NCBI RefSeq assembly: GCF_044704955.1 | Contig: NC_091983.1 | Span: forward strand, 120,900,001 to 120,964,000 | Origin: Pristiophorus japonicus | Lineage: Eukaryota | Direction: 5' to 3' | Length of the DNA: 64,000 nt | The notes under the pieces: generated by a model | Database searches by the model: none | Seen by the model: only the letters and a program-made list of their open reading frames with translations | What the model was told of the DNA's origin: nothing | Translations under genes and position numbers: made by a program | Part shown: piece after piece, positions 14,640 to 27,492 of the stretch | How the letters are laid out: every line of letters begins with the position of its first letter | Numbering within the stretch: position 1 is the stretch's first letter

Positions 14640-14676
14640 AGTTCTGATGAAGGGTCATCGACCTGAAATGTTAACT
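14640..14676 (+). ncRNA. Minimal type I hammerhead ribozyme motif in Penelope terminal repeat
   Basis: AGUU-CUGAUGA-AGGGUC AUC GACCU-GAA-AUGU-U-AACU: conserved core, stem II, loop-less stem III, 4-bp stem I. Confidence 0.65.
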
Positions 14677-16203
14677 TTGTTTTTCTCTCCACAGATGCTG
14701 CCTGACCCGCTGAGATTTCCAGCATTTTCTGTTTTTATTTCAGATTCCAGCATCCGCAACATTTTGCTTTTGTATTAATCAAGGACAGTCAGTATGGATT
14801 TGTTCAGGGAAGGTCGTGTCTGACTATCTAGATTGAATTTTTCAAGGAGGTAATCAGGCGGGTTGATGAGGGCAGTGCATATGAACTTTAGCAAAGCTTT
14901 TGATAAGGTCCCACATGGCAGACTGATCATGAAAGTAAAAGCCCATGGGATTCAAGGCAAAGTGGCAAGTTGGATCCAAAATTGGCTCAGAGGCAGGAAG
15001 CAAAGGGTAATGGTTGATGGGTGTTTTTGTGACTGGAAGGCTGTATCCAGTGGGGTTCCGTAGGGCTCAGTGCTAGGTCCATTGCTTTTTGTGGTATATA
15101 TCAATGACTTGGACGAATGTTGGGCGTATGATTAAGAAGTTTGCAAATTACACTAAATTAGGCTGCGTGGTTGATAATGAAGAAGAAAGCTGCGGATTGC
15201 AGGAAGATATCAATGTACTGGTCAGGTGGGTAGAACAAATGGAATTCAATCCTGAGAAATGTGAGGTAATGCATTTGGGCAGGTCTAACAAGACAAGCGA
15301 ATACACATTAAATGGTACGATACTGAAAAGTATAGAGGAACAAAGGAACCTTGAAATGTAGGTCAACAGATCCCTAAAGGTAGCAGGCCAGGTAGATAAG
15401 GTGGTTAAGAAGGCATATGGAATACTTGCTTTATTAGTCGAAGCATGGAATACAAGAGCAAGGAGGTTATGCTTGAACTGTATAAAGCACTGGTTAGGCC
15501 GCACTGATCACCACATTACAGGAAAGATGTGATTGCACTGGAAAGGGTACAGAAGAGATTTACAAGAATGTTGTCTGGACTGGAGAATTTTGGTTTTGAG
15601 GAAAGATTGGAGATGCTGGGTCTGTTTTCTTTGGAACAGAGGAGGCTGAGGGGAGACCTGATTGAGGTGTATAAAATTATGAGGGGGCTGGATAGAGTGG
15701 ATAGGAAGGACCTGTTTCCCTTGGCAGAGGGGTCAACAACCAGAGGATATAGATTTAAAGTAATTGGGGGAGGTTTAGAGGAGATATGAGGGGTAATTTC
15801 TTCACCCGGACGGTAGTGGGAGTCTGGACTTCACTGCCTGAAAGGGTGGTAGAGGCAGAAACCTTCACCACATTTAAAAAATACTTGGATGTGCACTTAA
15901 AGTACCCGTAACCGACAGGGCTGCGAACCAAGAGCTGGAAAGTGGGATTAGGCTGGATAGCTCTTGGTCTGCTGGCGTGGACATGGTGGGCCGAAATGGC
16001 TTCCTTCCATGGTGTAAATGTCTATGATTCTATGATAGGACTGGGAATGAGGAGGGGGTGGCCTGGCAATGTAAGGGATGTGGCAGACTCTGGGACACCA
16101 TTCCTCATGTTATCTGTGCTGGAATGCAATTCTCAGTACTTCCAGATGTTGACCAAGAACTCTATATCCCAGGAACCTTTGTAATATTTCATTCAAAAGT
16201 CAA

Positions 16204-18165
16204 CTAATCACCTTTGTGCATTCCCTTCGTGCCTGTCTTCTGTATGCCTTTGCCTGTGCTATTGCTCCTATGAAGCGCTACCCCAGTGGCTGCAGCATGG
16301 CTGGTGGAAGGCTGCTGACTTTCAGTGGGGAAGACTGCAGATGGCCTTGTAGGATGACCTAGAATAGCTCTGGGCCTAGCACACTCAGCTACAGACTGCA
16401 CCACCTTGGCATGGATGCAGCAGTCAGGCTGCCTAGCTGACCGGCAACAACAAGGGCACTGGTGGAGTGGCACTGGTAGGAGGATGAATACTGTCACCCG
16501 AAGAGAGAACAGCAAATTTGTCCTGCGTGGAGCCACTGCCACCTCCGCCCCACACTCCCACCTCTGCCCCACACTCCCCCCCCCACCCCCCCACCCCCAA
16601 CCCCACCACCCCTGGGCAGCGCCTCAGCAATCCTAGTAATCTGCTGGAGAACAAATTGATGGACTCCTGTGACACCATGCAAGTATCTTTCAAAACTGCG
16701 AACCACGGCCATGATGGCAGCAAGTTGAGCTTGCATGACTTCAGTCTGAGCTTTCATTGCACACTCATACATTGGGTGGCTATTTCTTGTACTGTATTGC
16801 CATCAGACACCGCATGGTGGTTGGCTCCACATGTGTGCTAATGGATCTGCCCAACCCTTGCACACTGGAAAAGATGAGCTATAAGCTCTGCGCCAAGTCC
16901 TGTGCAATGCTGGAGCTGGACACCTCCATGTTCCTTGACATTGCATTCAGGCTTTCTGGCAGGCCTGCTAATGCACCAAGCATTTTGTTGTGCATGCCAT
17001 CTGCTTTATTCTGTCGGCCGTTCCATTGAAGTCCTCATCTGAGTCCTGTGCAGCAGAACTCATATGCAACCTTGCTTTCCAGGAAGCTGGCACCTGCACT
17101 AACTACCCTTTCCCCCTGCCTTGGCTGTAGCCCACCCATGCCCGGTGACTCACTGCATGCGGATCCCGCCTCTAAGCTACCCTCTAAAGTCTGCGGCGTG
17201 CCAATATATGAGCTGGTGGCTGCGAGTGTCATATCGAGTGACGATGCTTCTTCTTCATTATCACTCTCCTCTTCCTCTTCTGCCACTGACTGGTCAGGTT
17301 GGATTTCTTGGGTCTTTTAAATGAGAAATGCACAAGGTTAGGGATGTGGTGAGAGGAGGGGTGAGGTGCTGAAAGCAAGAGGTGCATGCTTATGCCATCA
17401 GCAGCTTGTAAGTCAGAAGAGATTGTAGGTTGAAGGGGAAGTGAAATGTGAGAAGGAGGATTAGGTATGAGCATCCGTCATCTTTAATGGTTTCAGCACT
17501 GCCGCTGGCTACGGCTTCAGTCACAGCCACTCCAATTATGCTGAGCATCGTCTTCTCGAGCAGAATCAGGATATGAAGGTGTGCTTGTCCTCCTCCAGTT
17601 AGCTGCCGCTGCCTATGATTGTGAGCCACCTTGTCCTGCAAGAGAGAGGGAAATGTGTCAGTGAGTATGGTTCATTGTTTTTGGCTGATATAGCTGTCAT
17701 GGTTTAATAGCTGCAGTGTGTTCAAGCTGTGAGATGTGGGTGCGAGACTTGCAGCAATGGTAAGTGTGTGAGAGTGAGATGAAGCTCTGAATGTGAGGTA
17801 TGAGTCATGATTGATAGAGATAGTTGGGAGATGAGTAACGGGGGTGTGGTGAATTGAGCAGAGGGTGAGGTTAGTGGTGCAGTTTGTGAGATATGGCATT
17901 TGAAGATGCATTCACTGACCTTAAGCACTCGTGTGAGGTCATTGAACTTCTATCAGCACTACATTCAAGTCCTCGGGGTAACACTGTTGGCATTGAGCTC
18001 CGTAGCTATCTGCTCCCACTGCCTTCGCAGTGTCTGTCTGGAAGGACTCCTGGGCCCCTGTAGAAACAGGATCTTTTCCCACCTCACCCCACCCAATAAT
18101 AAGGCCTCCCATGCTGCATCTGAGAACCTTGAATCCCTTTATCTGGCTTGCTGAATGTTTCCCAG
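16204..18165 (-). pseudogene. Spliced Harbinger Myb/SANT-like ORF2 pseudogene (exons about 18165-17920, 17635-17475, 17313-16204)
   Basis: RFSDAAWEALL..ILF..LRRQWEQIATELNANSVTPRT*M*C**KFNDLTRVLK|gtcagt; ctcttgcag|DKVAHNHRQRQLTGGG; acidic third exon; TIR-like gaatttttagcac at about 18462-18473. Confidence 0.75.
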
Positions 18166-19876
18166 TTGGAACTGCCTTCTGGAAAGACTTCCAGCACCTG
18201 CTCTCGTCAAATTGTATCTCCCCTTTAAGAGGTGCAGACTGGCTTTAAGAAATGCAGGGTAGATTAAATTTGTGCTCGCCTCGCTTGAACTTGGGCCCCC
18301 TGCTGAGCATGCAGCCACTAGCAGCATGTTTAGCGCTTGGCTGCACCCCACTATCATTTAAATTAGCAGGCAGCACCAAGTTTGCATGCTGTCTGCATTA
18401 CTTTGAATAGGCAGTGGTTAATTGCGCATGGCAATCTCCGCACCTGTTTTCAGGAGCTATTGAATTTTTAGCACTGAGCAACGAATTAAGCCTTCTCATG
18501 TTCAATAGACTGATTTCAGTGTTAAAGAGAGTCTGATATGAGTTGTTAAAAAAAAGTTTAATACAAATTCAACACAAATATAATCTGCATAAGGCTTATT
18601 GCTATTATGATGTTGGCAGACAAGATCTAAAATACCACACAAAAATATTTCAGAGCCAAATATTGCAGCAGTGCTGCATATAAATAAAATCATCTGAATG
18701 ATTTGATTAGCTGCAGTTCTGAAATTAGTTGTCATATGTATAGAATAAATGTAGTTTTTTCAGTCACAAATAACTGCAATAATTTTTCAGAACCATTTTA
18801 CTTACTTGCCAATACAAAACCTCATTCTTTTGCATTTTTACACTCGTTTTAACAATATTTATACCACTCAGATAGATAAAACTTAGCAATCTACTTATTG
18901 TCAGTTGAATGATTTGTTCTGGACATCGGGCTATAAGGGGTCTATTTTGGTGAAAGGGTGAAAACAGGCACTAAATGGGTGCTGCGCTAATAAAACATGC
19001 CTGTGGCTTACATCCTAGGGTCTTAAAAGAAGTGACTGCAGAGATAGTGAATGCATTGGTTGCACTGGATTCTGGGAAGGTCCCAGCGGATTGGAAAACC
19101 ATAAAAATGTAACACGCTTATTTAAAAAAGGAGGCAGACAGAAAGCAGGAAACTATAGATCAGTTAGTCTAACATCGGTCATTGGGAAAATGCTGGAGTC
19201 CATTATTAAGGAAGCAGTACCAGGATATTTGGAAAGGCATAATTCAATCAAGCAGAGTCAGCATGGTTTTATGAAAGGGAATTCATGTTTGACAAATTTG
19301 CTGGAGTTCTTTGAGGATGTAACGAGCAGGGTGAATAAGGGGGAACTAGTGGACATGGTGTATTTGGATTTCCAGAAGACATTCGATAAGGTGCCACATA
19401 AAAGGTTACTACACAAGATAAAAGTTCACGGAGTTGGGGGTAATATATTAGCATGGATAGAGGATTGGCTAACTAACAGAAAACAGAGAGTTGAGATGAA
19501 TGGGTCATTTTCCAGTTGGCAAACAATAACTAGTGAGGTGCCGCAGGGAGCGATGCTGAGGCCACAACTATTTACAATCTATTTTGATGACTTGGATGAA
19601 GGGGCTGAGCGTAATGTAACCAAGTTTGCTGATGATACAAAGATGGGTGAGAAAGCAAATTGTGAAGATGACACAAAACATCTGCAAAGGGATATAGACA
19701 GGCTAAGTGAGTGGGCAAACATTTGGCAGATGGAATATAATGTGGGAAAATATGAGGTTAACCACTTTGGCAGAAAAAATAGAAAAGCAAATTATAATTT
19801 AAATGGAGAAAAATTGCAAAGTGCTGCAGTACAGAGGGACCGGCGGGGTCCTTGTGTATGAAACACAAAATGTTAG

Positions 19877-20087
19877 TGTTATGTATGTAAACCTGTAATT
19901 ACCATGTCTAACCATCAGAGAGCTTATCCCCTGGAGTCCCAAGGGATCTCACAATCCCTTGGGAGCACCTGTATATAAGGAGGCCTCACAGGCTGGAGAG
20001 GCACTCAGAGATCTGTAATAAAGGACTACGGTCAGACTTACTTTGAGCTTGCAGTATCTAGTCTGACTCCTTATCCAAGACATAACA
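19877..20087 (+). repeat. 5' LTR of Gypsy-1
   Basis: Direct repeat of 22925-23135 (12 mismatches in 211 by eye); contains tatataag and aataaa. Confidence 0.96.
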
Positions 20088-22924
20088 ACTGGCGACGAGA
20101 TACAGATGATGAACCTCAATGCAACAATGCAGAGAACTGTGGGAATCCTGGAGGAGTTTTCAGAGGGAGATGATTGGGAAACTTTCATGGAGTGACTTGA
20201 CCAATACTTCATGGCCAATGAGCTGGAAGGAGAAGGGAACGCTTCCAAACGAAGGGCGATCCTCCTCACCGTTTGCGGAGCACCAACATATGACCTCATG
20301 AAAAACCTGCTCGCTCCAGCAAAACCCATAGTCAACTCATACGATGAGTTGTGCACACTGGTCCGGGAGCATCTAAACCCGATGGCAAGGTATCGGTTCT
20401 ACACGTACAAGAGGTCTGAAGGCCAGGAAGTGGCGAGCTACATCGCCGAGCTAAGGTGCCTTGCAGGACATTGCGAATTTGAAGGACACTTGGAGCATAT
20501 GCTCAGTGACTTCTTTGTATTTGGCATTGGCCATGAAGTAATACTTCGCAAACTTTTGACTGTAGAGAGCCCAACCTTGAGTAAAGCCTTAGCGATAGCC
20601 CAAGCGTTTATCTCCACCAGTAACAATACCAAACAAATTTACGAGCACATTATGCTGCTGCAAGTACTGTGAACAAAGTCACTTTGTTTTTGAATCGAAA
20701 TGTACATGGCAGGACTTACACGCCTGTAGCTGCACGTCCGCAGATGACTCAGAGTCCGCCGTCAAGGGTGGTGAGTACAAGGCAATTAACACCTTGATGG
20801 TGCTGCGGGGTGATCATCGTTTCCATTCATGCTGCTTCAAAGGATACATTTGCAAGGACAGTGGAAAAATGGGACACCTCAAACGTATGTGCAGGCAAGC
20901 TGCAAACACTGCTAATCATGCAAACCACCATGTTGCAGAGGAGGACACATCCACGGTGGATCATGACAAACCAGAGCCTCAGACTGAGGAGGAAGAGGTA
21001 TATGGGGTGCACACATTTACCACAAAGTTTCCCCCAATAATGCTGAAGGTGGAATTAAATGGACTCCCTGTGTCCATGGAGCTGGACACAGGCGCAAGCC
21101 AGTCCATAATGAGAAAAAAGACTTTCGATAAGTTGTGGTGCAACAAGGTTTCAGGGCCAGCCCTGACTCCCATTCGTACCAAACTTAGAACGTACACAAA
21201 GGAACTGATGCCCATAATTGGCAGTGCTAACATAAAGGTCTCCTACGATGGAGCGGTGCACGATTTACCATTCTGCGTGGTACCGGGCGATGGCCCCACG
21301 CTGTTCAGCAGGAGCTAGCTGGGAAAGATACGCTGGAACTGGGACGACGTCCGAGCGCTTTTGTCCGTCGACGACACCTCATGTGCCCAGGTCCTAAGCA
21401 AGTTCTCCTCGCTGTTCGAATCAGGCATCAGGAAGTTCCAAGAAGCAAAAGTGCAGATCCATTGGATTCCGGGGGCGCGACCCATCCATCACAAGGCGAG
21501 AGCGGTACCTTACATGATGAGACAGAGGGTGAAGATTGAGCTGGACAGGCTGCAACAAGAGGGCATCAGTTCGGCAATCGAATTCAATGAGTGGGCCAGC
21601 CCGATTGTTCCAGTCCTCAAGGAAGACGGCACCGTCAGAATCTGTGTTGATTACAAAGTAACTATCAATTGTTTCTCACTGCAGGATCAACACCCGCTAC
21701 CAAAGGCAGATGACCTATTTGCGACGCTGGCGGGAGGGAAAACGTTCATGAAGCTGGACTTGACCTCAGCCTACATGACACAGGAGCTGGAGGAATCTTC
21801 GAAAGGCTTCATCTGCATCAATGCACACAAAGGTCTTTTCGTTTACAACAGATGCCCGTTTGGGATTTGATCGGCTGCGGCGATATTCCAGAGGAACATG
21901 GAAAGCTTGCTGAAGTCGGTCCCGCGCACCGTGGTCTTCCAGGACGACAGGTCGGAACACCGTCGAACACCTGCAGAACCTGGAGGAGGTTCTTAGTTGG
22001 CTTAATCAGACTAAAACGCTCAAAGTGCGTTTTCCTGGTGCCTGAAGTGGAGTTCCTGGGGAGAAGAATCGTGGCAGACGGCATCAGTCCCAGCGATTCG
22101 AAGACGGAGGCAATCAAAAACACACCAAGATCACAGCACATGACGGAGCTGCGGTCATTTCTAGGACTGCTGAACTATTTTGGTAACTTTTTACCGGATC
22201 TTAGCACATTGTTAGAACCCTTGCACTCTTTACTGCGTAAAGGAGATGAATGGGTATGGGGTAAAAGCCAAGAAAATGCCTTTGAGAAAGCTAGGAAGCT
22301 GTTATGTTCAAACAAGTTGCTTGTGTTGTACGATCCATGTAAACGTTTGGTACTAGCATGTGACAGGGCACTTAAGACAAGACTCTCGTTAGTCCACCCT
22401 GATCTACACGAACAGGTAGAGGGCAGGTGGCTTCAACAGAATACATATTATGATCGCAGAAATGTGTCATGCGAAATTAAAGTAAATGATCCTGTATTTG
22501 TGTTGAATATGGACAAGGTCCCAGGTGGCTTCCTGGCACTGTTCTGGCCAAAGAGGAGAGTAGGGTGTTTGTGGTCAAACTTGCAAATGGACTCACCTGC
22601 AGAAAACATTTGGAACAAACCAAACTCAGATTCACAGACTATCCAGAATAACCCACAATAGACACTATCTTTTTCGACCCTCCAACACACACAAGTGGCA
22701 ACTGACCCAGCGGTTGACCACGAAGCAGAACCCATTAACCGCAGCAGCCCAGCAAGACTCACCACCCCCAGCTGTCCAGCAAGGCCAGCTGCGCAGCAGC
22801 CCAGCGAAGGCCCAACAAACGACTCACCAACACCAGCATTTGCACCGAGATGATCAATCAGGGAAAGGCCCCAGATCAACTCACATTGTAAATAGTTACA
22901 CTTTTGACTTTGTGGGGGGAGTGT

Positions 22925-23135
22925 TGTTTTGTATGTAAACCTGTAATTACCATGTCTAACCACCAGAGGGCTTATCCCCTGGAGTCCCAATGGATCCCAC
23001 AATCCATTGGGAGCACCTGTATATAAGCAGGCCTCACAGGCTGGCGAGGCACTCTGAGATCTGTAATAAAGGACTACGGTCACACTTACGTTGAGCTTGC
23101 AGTATCTAGTCTGACTCCTTATCCAAGACGTAACA
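22925..23135 (+). repeat. 3' LTR of Gypsy-1
   Basis: Follows the PPT; ends taaca, then TSD gttag. Confidence 0.96.
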
Positions 23136-25308
23136 GTTAGTATGTAGGTACAGGAAGTAATCAGAAAGGCAAATGGAATGTTGGCCTTTATTGCAAGGGG
23201 AATAGCGTATAAAAGCAGAGAAGTCCTGCTACAACTCTTCAGAGTATTGGTGAGGCCACACGTAGAATACTGCATACAGTTTTGGTCTCCGTATTTAAGA
23301 AAGAGTATACTTGCATTGGAGGCTGTTCAGAGAAGGTTCATTAGGTTGATTCCGGAGATGAGGGGGTTGATTTATGAAGATAGGTTGAGTATGTTGGGCC
23401 TATAATCATTGAAGTTCAGAAGAATGAGAGGTGATCTTGTCGAAACATTTAAGATAATGAGGGGGCTCGACAAGGTGGATGCAGAGAGAATATTTCCACT
23501 CATAGGGGAACTAAAACTAGGGGACATATTCTCTGAATAAGGGGACGCCCATTTAAAACTGAGATGAAGAGGAATTTCTTCTCTAAGAGGGTTGTAAATC
23601 ATTGGAATTCTCTGCCCAAAAGAGCTGTGGAAGCTGGGTCATTGAATATATTTAAGGAGGAGATAGACAGATTTTTGAGCAATAATGGAATAAAGGGTTA
23701 TGGGGAGCGGGCAGGGAAGTGGAGCTGAGTCCATGATCAGATCAGCCATGATCTTATTAAATGGCGGAGCAGGCTCGAAGGCCAAATAGTCTACTCCTGC
23801 TCCTATTTCTTATGTTCTTATGTTCTGTTTGAAAATCTGGTTTTAGCACGCAATTTTGATCCTAATTGAAGATGACCATAATTTGAACTTGCTTGGAAGT
23901 GCTAAAACAGTCACCTGCAGGTTTAGCACCCAAGCGCAATTTTTGTGGAGCTGTGGAGCTGTATATGTGGGCTCCATGCACCCACTTCCAATGAAGGTGT
24001 GGAGTGCGCTGGCTGACACACAATGGCACATTTCAGCATGGCTCAGGGACTGAGTGCAAGGGCACACAGGTTCTTGGACCCGACATTGGAGGTCCTGGTG
24101 GAGGAGGCCCAGAGGAGGAGCGATATTCTGTACCCGCTGTGGGGAAGGAGTCCACCTTAGCCACCTGTCGCTCCCTCCTGCAGCAGCTGGTGCTGCTCTG
24201 CCTGGCCTTGTGTCCTCCTCCCATTCTTCCTGCAGACCAATGGGTCCCCAGCAAGATGCCCATGACCAAGCACTGCCTTTCTCCTGTTGACTCCTATAAA
24301 ATGTCTAATAAGGTAGAGTAGCACAGCACTCTCTTTTTAGGAGAAGTCCTCAGAGAATTTTAGGAATAAATGTTGATAGAGAGTTGGTGAAGTCTTGACA
24401 AAATGTTTTATTTCCCACTCTTATTTCCCACTTACCTGCTATCCCTGCATTTCACACCATATTTTGGTACTGTATCTCCCTTGCACCAGAATAAAAATTT
24501 GTCCCTCTACCAATGCAGTTCATGGTAGAATTGCAGTAGTGTCATTTATTTTTACCAGTATCAGAGCTCATCCTTCTGTCCAAGGATATTATAACAGTAT
24601 AAACACAGACTGTTTCACGGTACAGCAGGTTTTTCCAACTCTTTATTGTGTCTTGAGGCAACAAATGTCAGCTTTGAGGTTACTTGATGGACAGCCAGTG
24701 TTCCCATTCTGTAACTGCATTATTAGAATTCAAAAGTCCAGAAACTACTGCAGTTTAAACTTTGTGCATTCAATTTCACTCCCGCCCCCCCAATCTGTTT
24801 CCTCTCAGCCTCCCATCAAAAGAAGACCCAATCACTGTGTAACACACTCAAATACACACAACTGTCTAAAATTCTCAATACACATATCTTCAAGGTCTGC
24901 ATGTTCAGTGATGTACCAAGACTCAAAAGACATGCAAGCTTTGCACAACTTAGTAAAGATTTGACAGTTCAAAAATGGATGCCTGGAGTACAGCCTAAAA
25001 TCACTCAGGTTACCAGTTCTAAAAAAGCATAAGTGTCCTTCTCTGACTCGTCTTCTAATTCATTTCAAGCTAATTGTCTATGCATTATTTATTTATTGGC
25101 ATCTAAAGTCCTTACATAGCAAAAAATCATGAATAAATACTACAAATAGAAAGGCATTGCCAAGTGGTGAGATGATTTTTGTTCCAAGCAGCCTTCTTGA
25201 GTCCCATATTTTATTGATTTTATGCCTTTTTTGTATCAAATTAAATAACTAAGAATTAAAAGGATAGCATATATAAAACCTATAGATCAAAGTGCTTTAC
25301 CATACTTA

Positions 25309-25939
25309 GGGCCCGAATTTGGTGCAGTCCCCCGCTCGCCTAAGTGCCGCCCAAAGGACCGCCGATGGCCGCTGAGGCACCTGAGGGTACTTTGGGCGGG
25401 GTTTTCATCAAAAAGGTCCTTGAAAGGGCGGCGGGTGGCAAATGAGGGACTTACGCCACCAATCTAGGTGGCAGCCGGCAGGAGCTCCCAATCTCAGCGG
25501 CAAAGGCACTTGCCGCCCAAGTGCTGCCGAGGATGGAGTCGGGCCCACGGAAGGTCGAAGACCTGCAAAGAAAAAACTTTAAAAAAAAACATTGGAGCAC
25601 CTTCAGGGGACCGATACAGGTAAGTTCCTGTAAATAAAAAAAATTAAAAAATGTTTACTCACCTTTTTTTTCAGCTCTTCATACCTACCATCGGGGACAG
25701 ACCAGCCTCCTCGCAGTGGTCCACCCCTGTTCAGGCACCGACTCCCGCCAACTCTCGCCCACACCAATCTGGCATCTCGGCAGGCGGGAGTCCACTTAGG
25801 CCACTCAGCGGACGGTTCCTGGCGGCTCTCCCCTCCCGCCCGCTCCAGGCCAGATCGAAACTGGCACTGGGTGGAACCCGAGGAGGAACGTTGGTGGCAG
25901 TGGACGGCAGTCGGCGGTGAATGCATCAATTTCGGGCCC
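25309..25939. mobile_element. PIF/Harbinger MITE with TTA TSD
   Basis: tta|gggcccgaattt ... aatttcgggccc|tta; GC-rich non-coding body. Confidence 0.88.
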
Positions 25940-26039
25940 TTACAGTTTATTCTCTTATTTTTATTATCGTATAGTATTATTTTTGAGAAAAAGTTTTTAT
26001 TTTTGTTTGGTGTTCCCTGTTACCGTGAAACTGTATGAA

Positions 26040-27492
26040 GTCCACTACGGCGTACAATGGGCATGATATTTACAGCGCGACAACTGCAAGAGAAATGCAG
26101 GGAACAGCACCAACCCTTGTACATGGCCTTCTTTGACCTCACAAAGGCCTTTGACACTGTTAACCATGAGGGACTATGGAGCGTCCTCCGCCATTTCGGC
26201 TGCCTCCAAAAATTTGTCGCCATCCGCCGCCTGCTCCACGATGGCATGCAACCGTAATCCTGACTAACGGATCCACCACAGACCCAATCAACGCCCAAAT
26301 CGGGGTCAGGCAGGGCTGCATCATCGCACCAACCCTCTTCTCGATCTTCCTCGCTGCAATGCTCCACCTCATACTCAGCAAGCTCCCCGCTGGAGTGGAA
26401 CTAAACTATAGAACCAGTGGGAACCTGTTCAACCTTCGTCGTCTCCAGGCCAGATCCAAGACCACCCCAACCTCTGTCGTCGAACTACAGTACGTGGACA
26501 ACGCTTGCATTTGCGCGCATTCAGAGGCTGAACTCCAAGTCATCGTCAACATCTTCACCGAGGTGTACGAAAGCATGGGCCTTACACTAAACATCCATAA
26601 GACAAAGGTCCTCCACCAACCTGACCCCGTCACACTGCACGGCCTCACAGTCATCAAGATCCACGGCGCGGTCCTGGGCAACATGGACAACTTTCCATAC
26701 CTCGGGAGACTATCAGCAGCAAGGGCAGTCATCAACGACGAGGTTCAACACCACCTCCAGTGCACCAGTGCAGCCTTTGGCCATCTGAATAAGAGAGTGT
26801 TCGAAGATCAGGCCCTCAAATCTGGCACCAAACTTACAGTCTACAGAGTTGTAGTGATACCTACTCTCCTGAATGGCTCAGAGAAGTGGACCATATACAG
26901 TAGACACCTCAAATCGCTGGAGAAATACCACCAACAATGTCTCTGCAAGATCCTGCAAATCCCCTGGGGGGACAAACGCACCGATGTCAGTGTTCTCGAT
27001 CAGGCCAACATCCCCAGCTTCGAAGCACTGACCACACTCGACCAGTTCCATTGGGTGGGCCACATTGTCCGCATGCCGGACACAAAACTCCCAAAGAAAG
27101 AGCTCTACTCGGAACTCCTACACAGCAAATGAGCCCCAGGTGGGCAGAGGAAACATTTCAAGGACACCCTCAAAGCCTCCTTGATAAAGTGCAACATCCC
27201 GACAGACACCTGGGAGTCTCTGGCCAAAGACCCTCTTTAGTGGAGGAAGAGCATCCAGAAGAGCGCTGAGCACCTTGAGTCTCGTCGCCGAGAGCATGCA
27301 GAAAACAAGCGCAGGCAGCGGAAGGCACGTGCGACAAACCAGACTCCCCACCCACCCTTTCCTCCAACGACTGTCTGTCCCACCTGCGACAGAGTCTGTA
27401 ATTCCTGTTTTGGACTGTTCAGTCACCTGAGAACTCACTTTTGGAATGGAAGCAAGTCTTCCACGATTTCGAGGGTCTGTCTATGATGATGA
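26040..27492 (+). mobile_element. RTE-clade LINE, 5'-truncated
   Basis: AFFDLTKAFDTV, GVRQGCIIAP, ELQYVDN (decayed YADD), C-terminal CPTC; (tga)n tail. Confidence 0.93.

Larger units (their letters stand above)
9596..14773 (+). mobile_element. Penelope-like element (RT + GIY-YIG), 5'-truncated; segments 9596-10297, 11690-12256, 13984-14773
   Basis: YLLPKIH..CPGRPIVSACSCPTE, GVAMG, IDD; HYKLTDSHSYL..SSHP..IPFSQFLRL; CTSFNLLYYIRYSRCGLLYIGETKRRLG (GIY-YIG); terminal repeat with hammerhead motif. Confidence 0.9.
7110..16035 (+). mobile_element. CR1 LINE (A), decayed; segments 7110-9595 and 14774-16035, interrupted by a Penelope element
   Basis: ORF1 SGNH esterase (VGDSIVRG, HIGTND), ORF2 APE (VGDFN, LDLVL) and RT (YRPVSLTSVVGKLLE / DKVPH, GVP*GSVLGP). 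Sequence resumes across the insert (ggatt | attaatcaaggacag). Tail (attctatg)n. Confidence 0.92.
19877..23135 (+). mobile_element. Gypsy (Mag-like) LTR retrotransposon 1, internally deleted; TSD GTTAG
   Basis: 211-bp LTRs (TG..CA), PBS-like tggcgacgag, gag with Cys/His knuckles, protease ELDTGAS, RT; LVLACD is joined directly to RALKTRLSLVHP; PPT gggggga. Confidence 0.96.
19003..23826 (+). mobile_element. CR1 LINE (D), 5'-truncated; segments 19003-19876 and 23136-23826
   Basis: ORF 19091-19861 is CR1 RT (KFADD); continues after the Gypsy (MLAFIARG..); (ttcttatg)n tail. Confidence 0.93.
18937..24366 (+). mobile_element. Harbinger derivative (18937-19002 + 23830-24366) hosting CR1 D and Gypsy-1
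   Basis: taa on both flanks; ggggtctatttt start; Myb/SANT remnant AHRFLDPTLEVLVEEAQRRSDILYP at about 24062-24135. Right TIR is degenerate. Confidence 0.5.

Noticed and set aside
22448-23275. 275-aa minus-strand ORF and similar antisense ORFs over LINEs
   Set aside because: Shadow frames of retroelement coding sequence that cross unrelated element junctions.
24395-24964. 189-aa plus-strand ORF
   Set aside because: Non-ATG start, no recognisable motif or splice context; treated as a chance ORF.
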